Shown here piece by piece: positions 1-14,127 of a stretch of DNA of 64,000 nucleotides. Where the stretch lies: NCBI RefSeq assembly GCF_009914755.1, contig NC_060927.1. One strand, 5' to 3'. The DNA comes from the human T2T-CHM13v2.0 reference genome, Homo sapiens. The notes under the pieces are model-generated. The model was given only the letters and a program-made list of their open reading frames with translations. It ran no database searches and was not told where the DNA came from. Position 1 is the first letter of the stretch, and the number at the start of each line of letters is the position of its first letter. The position numbers and the translations under genes are program-made.

Positions 1-349
1 CATAATGGGACAAAGTCTCTTGAGGTTTGATGTTGTGACATGCCTACACATATATAATCACAGTGTGTTCATATTTATTCATTTAACCCAGCACTGCCCC
101 TGAATGGTCTTATGTCTGTGAAGTAAGAATGAAGATGCTACCTGGATTGCAAAACAGTATATTCAGGGGGAGGAAACTGTAGAGTGAAACTGAGATTCTG
201 CCAAGGGCAGAAGCTATACATATGTGTGTACATACATATTGGCATCACACCACAAGAGGCTCTGTCCTGTCATGTCATAGTGCCCTATGATGTCACATTA
301 TTATGTCACCTAATATAATTTGTACCATTTCTTAATGCTTGTTTCTATC

Positions 350-500
350 AGGAAGTAGCTAATCCTCACACTGAACTTATGAAGCAGGTATTACTATCAC
401 CATTGAATCGTCAAAGTCTGAAACTCAGATGTGAAGTAATCTTCCAAAGATATAAATAAGGTTTAAATATGCATCTGATTTACTCCAATGCCTCTACTTT
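350..500 (-). mobile_element. MIR SINE fragment (old)
   Basis: aatcctcacac...aggtattactatcaccatt...gaaactcagatgtgaagtaatcttccaaag resembles the antisense MIR core; approximate boundaries. Confidence 0.5.
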
Positions 501-3500
501 TCTGTTCCTTGGATATACTGTTGCCTTGGAGACTTAGTTTGCAATGGCTTTTATTTCACTAAAGATGAAAATATAATAAAGTCATTTAAAGGTGGATAAC
601 TTTTTTTCTACCTCTGCTTCCCCAGAGTAGGCCCCAAACAAATACTAGTTGAATAATGGAATAAGATTCCTGCCCCTTTGCTATCACATCATTCCTGCTT
701 TGAGCTTCACTCTAAGACCAGTCCTTTATGGGCATTGTAATAACAAGGCCAGGGTAAAAGATAAGAAAGGGACAGGGCCATAAACACCAATCTGGATTCT
801 ATCATGTGGACAAGCTAATTCTAGCCTCTTGGTTTTTTTGACATATCCATCTCTTCATTCATTTCTTTGTCCCTTCCTTATTCAAATTCCCTTGATGAAG
901 TCCCCAATAACACATAAAGCTTAGGTTTATGTGTTAACCTGCATTGAAATGCAGGTCAAATTTGTCTTTTGCATACACTAGTAAAACTATGCCACTGGCT
1001 TCTGGTTCCTGATTATCTTCCCCTGAATGTTTTAAGAGAGATTGAGAGTTTAAAGCTAATACTAAGATTGAAAGAAAAAGCAGCAGGGGAAGGGGAGGGA
1101 TCATATAGAAGGAAGTATTTTTTTGCTTGCTTGATTTACTGTAATCAATAGCTGAGAGGAGAAAGCGACAAGTTCGAAATTTACTTCCAGCAGATGAACA
1201 GATCATTGTCAAGGACAAGACACATATATTTAAGAATGTGTCAGTAAACTGAAAATCTCACAAAGGCAACCTTCTCGCGGAAGGGGTGCACTCTCTGCAC
1301 GTTACGGTCACACAGTTCAGAGGAAATTCTATGCTATCTTGCATCTGCACCTCTATGTCCATCTTCTCTTTCTCGACTTAAGAAAATCAGCTTCCTGGAC
1401 CCCCTTTACCTCCACTCACCTTTCACAACTTTCACTCGTTTTGTGAGACAGTTCAATTATCACTTTCAGGATTGTGTCTGTTTCCTGATAGATTTAATAG
1501 TAAAATCCTTCCAAGGGCCAGAAAGAATGAATGGCGAGGAGAGGTGTCCCAGTCTGAAGCCAGGTGTAGTGAATAGGAATAGTTAGTAGGAGTGAGTACA
1601 AAATCCTCAACTAGTAGTCGCAGGTGGTGACCACTACAAAGGAAATGAAAACACGTTAACTTTTTGGATATTACTCCAAGAAAAGAGAATATGCCTGCAG
1701 ACCTTTCTCTAAGCAATAAGACACACTGGTGTACAAAAAGACCCACACTCCTCCCCATGCTGAGATACGTGTCCTCCTGTGGATTCCCAGAACATGAAAA
1801 TCACTATATCAAAATATGTGTCACACACTACCCTAAGCTTTGGTTTGCATGGATCTCCCCTCGAAACTGAATCAAGTCACGTTCATCTCTATCTCTAGTT
1901 TCTCCTTCAGTACCTGGCGTATAAGAGATGCTCAATACATATTTCCTAGCATAAATGAAAGAATGAATAAGAAGGAATTTTCTTGTAAGTACTAATATAA
2001 AATTGTGATGCAATTACAAATTTTGGAGATAGTGGGGCCAAAACAAAGTGGGGCTAAATAACTGGTCCAGAAAAAAAACAGGGATAAACTTTGAATTTTG
2101 CATTATTAAGGTTAAAAACAGCTCTTATCTGGCCAGAAAGAGAACAGTTTTTGTGTAAAATAATTTTTTCAAATTTCAGAAAAAAATATGCTTATGAAAG
2201 AAGCTTTAGAATGCAACCTGCACTGTTCATGACCAAACATGTATCAGTATAGAGGGCATGAGAGCAGAAATAAACAGAAATAAATATTCACCTCCACGGG
2301 GTAGCCCTAAGGATCCTATGCCCAGATAACTAGCTTGTGAGTTATTCACTCCTGGAATTGCCTGTTACCATTGTTCCCTGCTTAAGACAACCATGTTGTG
2401 AGTATATGTGTGTATAGTGAGGTACAGGGAAAGATAAAACAGTGTCCTCAAAAGCCCATGGACAAGATGGTCATATTTTACTTGGGAGGATGTGAATATG
2501 AACTAATACACTCCTCTTGTTAAGATATTAGTACAGGGTAGCATGTTAATGTTCATCAGAATGCTTGTCAGGTGGTTGCAGTGTCAAGGATTCCTTCCAA
2601 TATGAGGGTATGTAGAAAATGCAGCCCTCCACTTTTGACACTGCTTACAAACTTTGAATCAGAGAAGACAGTTGTAAAGGGAGGTGGTGTTCTTCTTTTC
2701 ACAAACCGTCTGTCTTTATTTTTATTCTTCTAATTTTCTCCTGAGATATCAACATCGAAGTAGCATATAACCTTCCTGGAAGCAATCTAACTCCAGAAAA
2801 AGCACATACAGGCACAGAAAAAAAATAACCAAATTCATTTTTACATAAGAATAGCAGTTGCAGGTGGCATTACTTTGGTCTGATTTTATGATTAGTGGAA
2901 ACTGATGCCTTCTGTATTGCTACCAGAGTACATAACCTCTTAGGCCTAAGTCTCCATTGACAAATAATTGGGATAACAAGCACTTTTCACTGCATTTGTG
3001 AGTAATCTCAGTGAACAGTCTTCTTTCTGTCTTGTACTTAATATCCTTCAATGATCAAATTTGTAAGCAGGTTGAGCAGCTACACTTATTCCTCCAAATT
3101 AAGGACTTCCCATCAGCTGCTCATTAACATCTGTATGGATATTGCCTAAATTTGTTTTAAAACTCTGTGTGAGGGTACACTTTGATCTGCTCAACTGACT
3201 TCATTCTAGCTATTAAATAATTTCAACACAACCTTGATCTGTCTAATCCAACAAAACCAAAGGCAACTTCTTAGTACTTTCTGCCATGTAAAAATACATC
3301 ATAGTCTTTCAAGCCAATATATTGTTATGAATCATACATGCACAAACTCAGCAAAGTTAAACTTCCTTAATAATAGAGTGGGTGCTATAGTATCTGTACA
3401 CCACCTTCAATCCACTGCTGTGAGCGAAAATCAGGCAGCAGCACTAGTAGTTAACTCAATATCAGCTGCATTAATAAGGGTAAAATGAATAAGTGTGCCT

Positions 3501-3589
3501 GGATTTTTCTCCCTTGATGACTTTAGGTCCAGATTTATCTTATTTTAGCTTTAGTCTTGAATGATTGTCAAAGATGTGCACCGGCCTCT

Positions 3590-3960
3590 GAGATAGCCAC
3601 TGTCAAGCTAACATGTATGGAACCAGATCGGAAGAAATTGCCCAACAGATTTGCAGGGCTTGTCAAGGCCTGGAAATGGTGGAAGTCAGATGATTATATT
3701 TGCATTGCATAATTGGCGGAGCTTGTCACAACACTGCTGGAGCCAGCAGCTGCTCTCTGCTGAGAGCTAATTCCACCTGATCTATTTAATATTATAATGA
3801 ATTTAATCCTCTCCACATTCATCCAGGAGCCAAAGAGCACAGTTTATGGCTAAACCTGCATTTGCAGACAGATGACAAGGGACCCCTCTGGTGGTAGGAA
3901 TTAATTTGGGGAAGTATGCTGACAGAATTGCCCAATCATTTGTTTCGGTTGAGATTTTTT
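3590..3960. promoter_or_regulatory. Putative enhancer-like unique element with a CTCF-like site
   Basis: Repeat-free stretch with octamer ATTTGCAT, several TAAT cores, TTTATGG, CAGCTG, and CCACCAGAGGGG on the minus strand at 3883-3894; motif inference only. Confidence 0.3.
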
Positions 3961-4051
3961 TCCTTTTCCAGAGAGCAGTCTTCAGTATGGTCTGAATTTT
4001 CCCTTCTCTCCTTAAGAAGAACTCTTGGAAGTCAGAAATGAACTTAGATAT

Positions 4052-4463
4052 TGTTTAGAGCTGAAATGTGCTCCCCCTCACTCACCCACTCAAATTCATA
4101 TGTTGAAGCCTAAACCCCTAGTTCCTCAGAATGTGACTGTCTTTAGATATAGGGCTGTCAAAGAGGTGATTAAATTAAAATGAGGCTGTTAGGGTGGGTC
4201 CTAATTCAATCTGACTGGTGTCCTTATAATAAGAGAATACAGAGAGAGATATGAGGATATGAGTAATGCATGCACAGTGGGAGAACCATGTGAGGAACCA
4301 ATGGCCATCTGCAAGCTGGAGAGGCTTCAGAGGAAACCAAACCTGCCAACACCTTTATTTTGGACTTTCAGTATCCAGAACTGTGAGAAAAAAAAAAATT
4401 CAATGGCTTAAGCCACCTAGTCTGAGTGGTATTTTGTTATGGCCGTCCTACCAAATTAATACA
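4052..4463 (+). mobile_element. MLT1 (MLT1B-like) MaLR solo LTR
   Basis: TG...CA ends; aaattcatatgttgaagcc, cctcagaatgtgactgt, aatctgactggtgtccttata, ccagaactgtgagaaa; 5-bp TSD gatat/gctat. Confidence 0.85.
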
Positions 4464-4559
4464 GCTATTATCTAGTGTAACTCAATGTAAGTTTCTTCTC
4501 TACAGAATATCATAATTTTTTTTTTCCAGAGGAACGGGAAGAGGAACACCTCTCTTATA

Positions 4560-4950
4560 CAACGCAACTGTTAGCATTAAAAGAAGATCATTTTATCAGA
4601 AACTTCTGTGTACTGAGGCGGGATGTTCCTCCTTATGACTGCCACCTTACTGTCCCACTTCTGTACTCTGGTTCGGAACCAAATAAGATGTCTTACAGGG
4701 CAGCCCTTTAATTAGATGCAGGCAGCCGTTGTATGTCCATGCTCCTTTTTTAAACCTTCTCTTTTTAGTTAAACCTTTCTTGATGCCTTCAGATACTCCC
4801 TATATGCCACTGTTCTGAGTGCATTCTCTCATGTTTGTTCTGCTTTGAACCCTTTCTACTGGGCAATTGTTTCTATTAAAATGAGATATAGCTAAAGTCA
4901 CTAACTCAGATGTTATCCAGCACTGCAGTGTGCTTTAGGACTCTTAGCCC
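4560..4950 (-). mobile_element. CR1/L3 LINE relic
   Basis: Degenerate similarity to the antisense CR1 3' region (cagccctt...ccttctcttttt agttaaac...tgaaccctttct...ttaaaatgag). Confidence 0.4.
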
Positions 4951-5191
4951 TCTTGCGTTCACTACCATATTTTAGGGTCCTCCCCATTAAGAAAGAATAA
5001 AACAAAATGATCTTTAAGCCCTGGTATGGAATGAGTATGTGGTAAGCTCTTGAGGGTACCATGATACCTTTCATATGTGACACAGGGGAACTGAGACTTA
5101 CTGATGGATTTTCTATCAGCTGAGTATTTTGGAAAACATTATTTTTAAAAGTTGTTAAGAAATGTTCTTAGTATTACATTTGATTTTACTG

Positions 5192-5223
<32 letters not shown>

Positions 5224-5224
5224 T
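5192..5224. repeat. (TA)n microsatellite
   Basis: Direct reading of the sequence. Confidence 0.95.
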
Positions 5225-7129
5225 GTATAGATGTATAATACACATCCAGATTCAAGCAGCTTTACTTGTATCTATTCACATAATTATAAAAATATAAATA
5301 TATTAGGCATTTTTTTCCCTCAAATACTTAGAAATCCTAAAATGCAAAAACCAAACACCTGGGTATAATAATTGTATCTCCAGGAGGGAACAAGTTTCCA
5401 TAGCACACTAAGGATAGAGATTACTGTAAATATCCATTAAACTTAAATATGCCACTCAATTGAGTCTGCAATTTGCAACTTAGGAGAAAATGGCCAGAAA
5501 TGATGAAGCCCCTGGGCATCAGTACATGAACAGTTATAAAAATAGAAGAAAATAGTGTATATTTTTGGCTTCTATTTGCTGATGTATGTATTGTAAGGCA
5601 ATAGCTAACTTCAAAGGTTTTCATGCTTGCCCAATAGCTATTGAAAACAGGACATAATTAAAAGCCTTTTCCCCTAAACACCATGACTCCTTAAAATGTA
5701 GAATGCAAGACCTAGCCGACATGGAAACAGGATACAGGTATACTGCAGTCTGTCATATTGACTCTCTACAGTTTTCCTATTATATGAACATATCAAAAAT
5801 ACCTGGAGGCTGAGGCAGGACTACAAAAATGTTTTGCACATGCGAGGGAATTTGAGAGCTAGCCTAGGGGCAGAGTAAATATCAGAAACATTAGTTATGT
5901 CCGTTACCGGAAAAGGAGTGACCAATGCCTTATCACTCCATGGCACTTATTTTTTCCCTCTCTACTTTAAGAATAATCTCTCTAGAGAATTAGCTCTGGT
6001 ATAGCTGAACACTTTCTTAGAAATTAAGTAACAATATGATAATATCTTTCAAATTCCATCCTAAAGAGAGAGATCTATTTTTTTAATGACTACAGAATGT
6101 CCTCCCCTTAACCCTAAATTACTTTGCATTTAGCATTTTAGCTGCCAGAAGGTACTGTCAAAACAGACAGACCGCTTAATGGAAAAGAAAAGTTAATGAA
6201 CTAACAAGGGAACAATAAATATTCCACAAATCAAGGAAAAGATGGAACGATTTCCAAGGGGGAAGTGGATGTATCGAAATATTTTTGCTAGAAACTCAAA
6301 GCAATGTGTTTTAAAGATTGAAATTTGGGGTGAGGGAATGATGTAATGGTTGATTAGTGCATTACTACCAATAATCTCAAAACAATTATATAACATTGTT
6401 TATCCGAGTAGAGGAGAAGCAACAGGAAAAGAAAGACAAGAAGGACCAGTTCCTTTTATTAAGTGAATGGCATTTCTGCCATATGGTATTAGATAATGCA
6501 AAGATAATGCCAGTGACTGGGAGACCATCATGTGGGCTTTTTGGAAGGAAGCATGTATGCCTGACACCTGTCACATAGCTCAAATGTGATGCTGGCATAT
6601 TTGCAACTAAATTAGAATAATTTAACCTTCATTAACCCCTTCCTGTGTTTATGAAAGTAGAGCGTAATTGACAAAATTCTGGGGGAAGGGTGGCTCCTTG
6701 ACTTAGATTCGGTGGAATTTTTGTGAGTAGACGCAAATACTGTTGTGTCATACTTCTATGCTATCAGGCTTTCTGCCCAGGATTCCATTTATTTGGAGAC
6801 TGTGAACCTGAAGTCAAGGATATCTCATGTTCCAGTGTTTTCAGTAGAAAAATAAGGCGAACTGTCAATTGACAGATTTTTCATATATATAAAAAGGAAC
6901 AGTCTAGGATTTACGGGGCAAATAAATATTGTGCCAGAACAGCTGGCAAGCGTGAGTAAGAGCACAAACCGCTGGTATGTTATCTGCAACCTCCCACACA
7001 CATACCGTGAGCTGCAACTCAATAAGTGGATGATTACAGAGGTTATGAGAAAAGTAGAAGTAAACACAGTGAAGTTTAAAGAACACCTGGTATGAAAGAT
7101 AACTTGGTTTCCAACAGATACCTCAGTTT

Positions 7130-7380
7130 CATGGGAAGCATTTTAGAGTGATGGTTAAGAGGGCAGGCTCTAAATTGGTGTAATTTCATATATACCAATT
7201 ATGAGCTGTGGGATTGTACCAAGTCGCTACACTTCTTTAAGCCTCAGTTTATTTATATAAAAGGTTTATAATGTTGCCTGCCTTATAGAGTTACAGAGAG
7301 AGATAAATAAATCACTCCACCTAAATCACTTATCACAGTTCTTAACACATGATATGTGTTTAATAAATGCTAGCTATTAC
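7130..7380 (+). mobile_element. MIR SINE
   Basis: gtgatggttaagagggcaggctct...aagcctcagttt...aataaatgctagctatta. Confidence 0.75.
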
Positions 7381-8018
7381 CATTAACAATGCCCATGATC
7401 TAGCACATTCTAATTTATGATGCCACTGTTTCCACATCCAAAATATCACCTATTTCAACTGAAGGAAGAATAGCATCAGGTACTTAAGTTGGTGCCCATG
7501 AGGAACCATTATAGAATATAGTATGGTTCGAGATGTTTTAACACTCTAAATGAAAATATTTATTTGCAAAAAGATAATCATGTTCATGAAATGGTTTAAA
7601 TATTGCCTTATTTCCAGGAAAAAACAAATAAGTAGAAATTATATATAAAACATATACATGATATGACTATTATGCATACAAAACACGACACGAGCTAATG
7701 TGTTTTTAGTTTCACTAGGCTTTCTTTATACGTGGTTTCACTAGACTCATGCTTTGTCCCAGGTCTGTGTGAAAATTGCATTTCTGACTTAAACTTTTGG
7801 AAAAGGAGAAAAGGTTATGTTAGGAAATTGCAAATTAAATCATTAACTTAACAAGTGCCCTAAAAAACAATTACATAGATTCATATACACATTGATCAAC
7901 TTAATAAAGCATATTAAGAAAACCACATCTAGTGATCTAGTTGCATCAGCAGTTGAAAGTCCCATGAGTTCAGTGTCCATGCTTACCACTAACGCCTAGC
8001 AAACAGCCTGGCACATAG

Positions 8019-8785
8019 TGAGATGGAAAAGTTCCCTTGACCCCCTCCCAGGACTTGTGACAGCGATGGCTTGTTTACATGGCAGCTGTGCTCAAAGCCC
8101 ATGTGGGAGGGGGAGCACGCAGGTGAGCAGGTGCAGCAGGTGGGGCAAGTGCCTTTGGGCACCAACAGGAAGAAACTGGCCCGTGGCAGCAACTAGCGGT
8201 TGCATGTGACCACTGGAGCCCCAGAGGGCATGTGTTACAATAAGTGCTCTTTCAGCATTTGCCATCCTTGGAAGGCTAAGTGTTAAACAGCTCAGTGGAC
8301 AGTCAGTGTGACAGCCTCTTGCACCTACACCCAGATCCTTGTCTGGTGCTCAAGAGGAATGAGGCCATACAGACTGGAAGGATGGTGAATGCAAAGGTTG
8401 CACTGAGTGGTGGAAGTAGCTCTCAGTGGGATGGGAAGCTGGAAAGGGAATAGAGTGGAAACATAGTCTTCTGCGTGAGTTTGTCTGTCCCTGGCTGAAC
8501 ACCTCTCTGACCATAATCTCCTATGTCCAGCTGCCTCTTCTCTTGATGTTCAGATGCTTCTTCTCCTCTCTCCTCTGCTGCATCGCTCTGCTCCTTTGCC
8601 AGTGAAGCCTGGGGTTTTTATGGGCACAGGATAGGAGGCATGGCAGACCAAAAGGTGACATTCAGGTGTGAAAACAGGGATGTGAACTTCTCATTTAGGG
8701 CTTCAGGTCCAGGCTTGAGGGTGGAACCCTTGTCAGGGACCCCGCCCATTTCTACCTAGTATTTCCCTGCCTCCTGTCCATATCA
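8019..8785 (-). mobile_element. Full-length ERV1 solo LTR, LTR1/LTR28/MER52 group
   Basis: Minus strand begins TGATATGGACAGGAGGCAGGGAAATACT (LTR1-type 5' end); TG...CA termini; perfect 4-bp TSD ATAG (8015-8018 and 8786-8789); inserted in an L2/MIR-type tail (gcctggcacatag|taaatgataaata). Confidence 0.85.
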
Positions 8786-10044
8786 ATAGTAAATGATAAA
8801 TAATTACTGATAAATCACTTATCTCTTTATTTCCTCTCTGTATGTAGGAAAAATTTAGTTCTCATTTCATCATACTTAGGATATGTTCTACACATTTTAG
8901 CTCTACTTTAATGAAACACCTTATGCTAGAAACTTTAAAAGAACCATCCTTAATCTATTTTTACAGATGAAGAAATTAAAGCTCAAACATGTAAGAGTTA
9001 GTTGAATACAAGGCTGCACAGCTAGGAAGAGCTAGAACCAGGTGTGAATCTTCATATGACAATCTCTATTCACTACCCCATGACACTTTTCATTCATACT
9101 TGAGCTCCTTTGTGCCTAGATGTGTGATATGAGGTAACGTGAGCATCATGATCTCTTCTACATTTTCTTTATCTCTCTGAGAATTAGTTATGCATCAGGG
9201 AGCACTATTTCCTTTATCCTCCCTATCAAATAAAGATTCATGCAAGATGTAGCAAGGATAATTCTTAACCAAATAAGTCTATTATATTCAACAAGTTGTA
9301 ATGAGTAAGTGTATAATTTCATACACATTTGGTTTTAACACTCTTCACTCAGCTGTGTTAGCTTCACTAAAAGAGTTAAACATTACTATTCACTAACTCT
9401 GTTCCAACATCTGCCCTGAAAACCAAGGGTTTTCAGCTATAAAGTCTTTGTTTTCATAATCTTTTATCACACTAAGGAATAATATTAATAAATCACTATT
9501 TCTCTCTGTTGGAAAAAGGCCAGCATTTTTTGGATGTACATAGGTAAACATCCTTGGGTTTAAGATGTAAGTGAGGAGGGCTTTACCTACCCTTTTAATT
9601 ATGAGGAAATGTGGAATTCAGTGGTGCAGAAAGCCCATCTGCAGTATTGCCCAAAGGGGATTCTTTTAAGTGACTTTTTTAGACCTGGATCAGACAGTAG
9701 TATCTCCATTCATTTTTAGTCACAGAGAGGCTAAATTGAAGTCCATTTTTCTGAAACTAGTCACATAGTCAAAATTCTCACATTAAGAGTAATAAAATCC
9801 TGTGAAGCCATAACTTTTCTGAAAGAGTTTTTCTCACCATAAATATTTAAAAAGTAGCAACCAGTTTCAATATAAAAATTAGCGTATTAATGATTTCCCA
9901 TAAGATAAACTAGATATCCGAATGATTGGCTTAGTTTAATGAATCAGCACATATATTTAAGAAAGGAACTTACCATTAGTGAAAAGTTGAAACAAAAAGC
10001 ATAATATAAATTCAAAAATAGTAACTGTACTTATTATATCTTTC

Positions 10045-10260
10045 ATTTATTGGTAGCTCACTGTATGCTAAATCCTATGCTGAGCTATTTATGTTTATTA
10101 ACTCATTTACCTATACTTTGAATCTCCAAGGCAAATGCTATTCATATATAGTATGAAATTATGCTATTGCAGATTAAGACAGATTAGGGTTAGCAAAGTG
10201 AAGCAACTTCACTAAGGTTGCAGAGTTAGTTGGTGACACCCATAGTAGTCTGACTCCAGG
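10045..10260 (-). mobile_element. MIR SINE
   Basis: catttattggtagctcactgtatgcta...aactcattta...gcaacttcactaaggttgcagagttag...gtctgactccagg. Confidence 0.6.
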
Positions 10261-12210
10261 GTTAAAATAGTTAACCTTCATGTATATTAAACGGCATAGG
10301 CCAGTGGTTCAGTTTCCAAACTCCTGTCCTAGAACAAGTGCTAATTCCTAAACTTTTCAGCAGTCTTTTGATAAATATTCTAGTTGCATTTTGTTTTTAA
10401 ATATGTTTATTTGGGAAAATTAAAATAGTGTCAAACAAATATAATTGTTCCATATTAAAAATAAACATTTTGGAAGTAAAAGAAGAAAAAGATTTTCAAG
10501 TTATTTCTGTGTACTAGATAAATCTGAGCTGCTATTTACATGAGGAATCCTTTTTTTGGGTGCTTAAGGGTGACAGTGTTGAAGACCAGAAGAAGGTAAC
10601 CATTTAAATAAATAACCAAGGATGTAGGAAATATTGAGGTGAAAAGAACAAGTAAAAGCTGTTATAATCCCAAATGGCTTGGACATTTTATAGACAAAGA
10701 AAACTCTGGGGGAGGTAATGCTATTTTATTTGGGAAGATGATGGGTTGCCTGTTAACTTACTTCTGAACATGTTGAGTTTGTGGTGAGGGATTTAAGTAG
10801 GAAAATATCTAGCAAGCAATATAAGGAAAACTGCAGGTTTCCTGATCAGACAAAAACTAAATTCTTCAAGGTAAGCAATGTGCCAGTGTGTCAGTGAGTC
10901 TGGTCAGTCTCCAAGGCATGTTGAAAGGAGGGGGAAGTGGTCAATCTCTCAGCCTTGACACTGCCCCTGTTGGTCATCTTTTCCTTGAACACTTGTCATA
11001 AATGAATATTGTCACTATTGCACTGGCTTGAGGGTAGAACCCTTGCCAGGGGCATCCCCACTTTAACACTTTACCATGAACCTGAATGCACATGCCTTCC
11101 TTTAATTTTCCATTCGGAGTTGACGCCAGGCTGTTTCCGAAAGGCTAAAGACTCAGAGCAACAAAAGGGAAATTAGCACAAAGTATATAATGTGTAATTA
11201 GATCAATGACTTTAACCTCTTTTGGGTAGCACTGAGAATCTGATGAATCTCCCCATATATACATACAATTTTGCACAGCCTCTGAGAGCCTACTCAAATT
11301 CCAGACCCAGGGGGAAAAAAAAGAGAGACTTAAGCGATGCAGCAAGCAACTTCTCTGGCTTAAGGTTTGTTTTCATCTGCAGATGATTGACCTGGGAAAT
11401 ATACATTCCCTGCAGTGATATTTAACCTGCCTCTCTTCTCTGACTAAGGGGTCAAGTCTTAGTTTATGACTCCCAAGGGTCAACTACATAAAATAAACAT
11501 GAGTTTAACCCGGGTACGAGAGATACACATGTGTAGCACGAGATATAATTTTATTACAGAAATAACCTTCACAAAATAGGGCTTAGTGAACCCCCCAGTC
11601 CCAAAAACCACATTACTTAGGACACATCCAATTTAAACACCAATCCACATATCTATTTCCAGACCCTTGACTAGTGCTGTAGTTCTCTACTGAAAATTTT
11701 ATTGAGGGAGTATCAAAGAAGGGATTAAACTTCGAAATACATACAGCAGAGATTTCCTGAAATTATTCCATTCCCACATCTCTCTCCTCAAAGCTCCACA
11801 CATCACAGCATTTGCTCAAATCTGTTCAAACTTTAGTCCCTGCCCATTTGTCTTTCTCATTCTTTAATGTCTTCTTTCTTTACTCGTATTTCCTCTTCCA
11901 GTACCACTCTTTTTCTTCCCTCAGCAGGTCTCCCTAAGTTCTTTTCTGTGTAGAACTATTTTTTCCCTCAGAAAGACAACTAGCTAGCAGAGCTACACAC
12001 AAAACTATTTGGAGGAGCAGACAGAGGGCTCTTTCTTTATTCCAGCTGAATTATACAAAAACAGAAAGTGTACATGTTTAGTTTTCAGTCATATTCTAAA
12101 TGCCTCCCACAGTGCCTGACAATACTTTCCAAGTAAATATTTGTTGAATAAATGAATAAAGAAATACTGATTGAACTTCAGTTAGAGTTTAGGATTAAAA
12201 ACATTGACTT

Positions 12211-12620
<410 letters not shown>

Positions 12621-14127
12621 TTATAACTAACAAAAGAGATCAGGTATCCCAGAAATAGATCTTGGAGACAGGAAGTTAAAATGTACCGAAGAAGTAGCAA
12701 TTAGAAAGATAATTTAAAAGAGAGAGAGAAAGAGAGACAGACTATAAGAAAAAAAAATAATGTAACATCATGAGTCTAGGAGAAAAGATAATTATCAAAT
12801 AAATATTCAAAGTCGACAACATATCACTGAAGAGTTCCCATATACTATAATTCTTCAGCTCACCATTTAATGAAATCAAAAAGGAAGAATTTTTTATTGG
12901 CCTTCTTAAACAAACAGTTTCTTTATCCAGTATGCTTTGCAAAGAGGTAAATTAGTACCTGAAACTTCTAGTTGATCAAAGAAAAACAATGAAAAATAAT
13001 CTGGCCTTGCTTATAGCCCTGAGGACAAAATAGAATACTCAATTTTTATTTCAGAGGCATGTATAATTCTAGGCCATTTTTGGAAGTAATTTATTTCTAG
13101 GTTAGTCTGGAAGAGTTAATTTTCAAGAAAGAAACAAACTAGAAATATTCTAATTTTGAATTAATTTTTAAATAGAGAGTATAGGAAATAAATCTTATAA
13201 AGATACAATATTCAGTTTGTTATGGGCAAATCTCATTACTACTAATAATTAACCTATATTATGAACTAATCATCTGTTAAATTTCAATTAAACTTCCAAT
13301 TTAAAATGTATAAGGAAATTTCAACCAAACAATGAACTTTTTTTCATTATCCCATATCTTTAAATGATTATCTATTTACCATTTTAAAAACCTCCCCTTA
13401 TTTCTGAAGTACTGCTCAAGTGAAAAAATACATTAGCTATTTATTACACTTCACTTTACAAAATGACGTGGCTGATATTTCATCTAATGTCATGTGGAAA
13501 GACAAAGATACCTATGAGCATGGAAGGAGACGTGAAAGATGAAGTGTGTGTTTGTGTATGTGAAAGGAGTGGGGAAGTGGTTAGTGGGAAGCAGGAAAGA
13601 ATTCAAGAAGCTCTTTTCTACCAGATGCCAATAGACTAAGAAGTAGAAATACATCCTTTTATTTCCCCTTTTCTTCTTTTATCTTGAACCACCTTCAGCC
13701 ACACCTTTAAAATTAGTAGTCCCCTATGGTCATTATCAATCACATTAATTTCTTCAGTGGCATCTAACTAGGGTATTCTCAAACAAATGTTCACAATAGT
13801 GGTTCTCAGGTGACCAGATAGCTAAGAACCAAGATCTTTATCTCAGTTTTCTCTTAGTGATGAGAAAGGGTGAAATGGTTTGATTACTGGTTGAACAAAC
13901 TCTAAAATGTAAACGTAGGGGTTCTTCATTCACTTCAGGGAAGATTTAGAAAAATTTTCCTAATCTTGATTATTACACAATTTTTAGACCGCTTGCAAAG
14001 CAGGACATGTTAGTTTCACTTCTACCTGAAGTGAATGAAATCTGGTTAGTATGTGATTGACCAATCCAAGGGGTTTCCTCATCAGGCTGCACAGGGAGTC
14101 AGCTTTATTTTGTCTTATTGCCAAAAG

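Noticed and set aside
1270-1310. Small CpG cluster tctcgcggaag...gcacgttacgg as a promoter
   Set aside because: Too short for a CpG island and only partial motif matches
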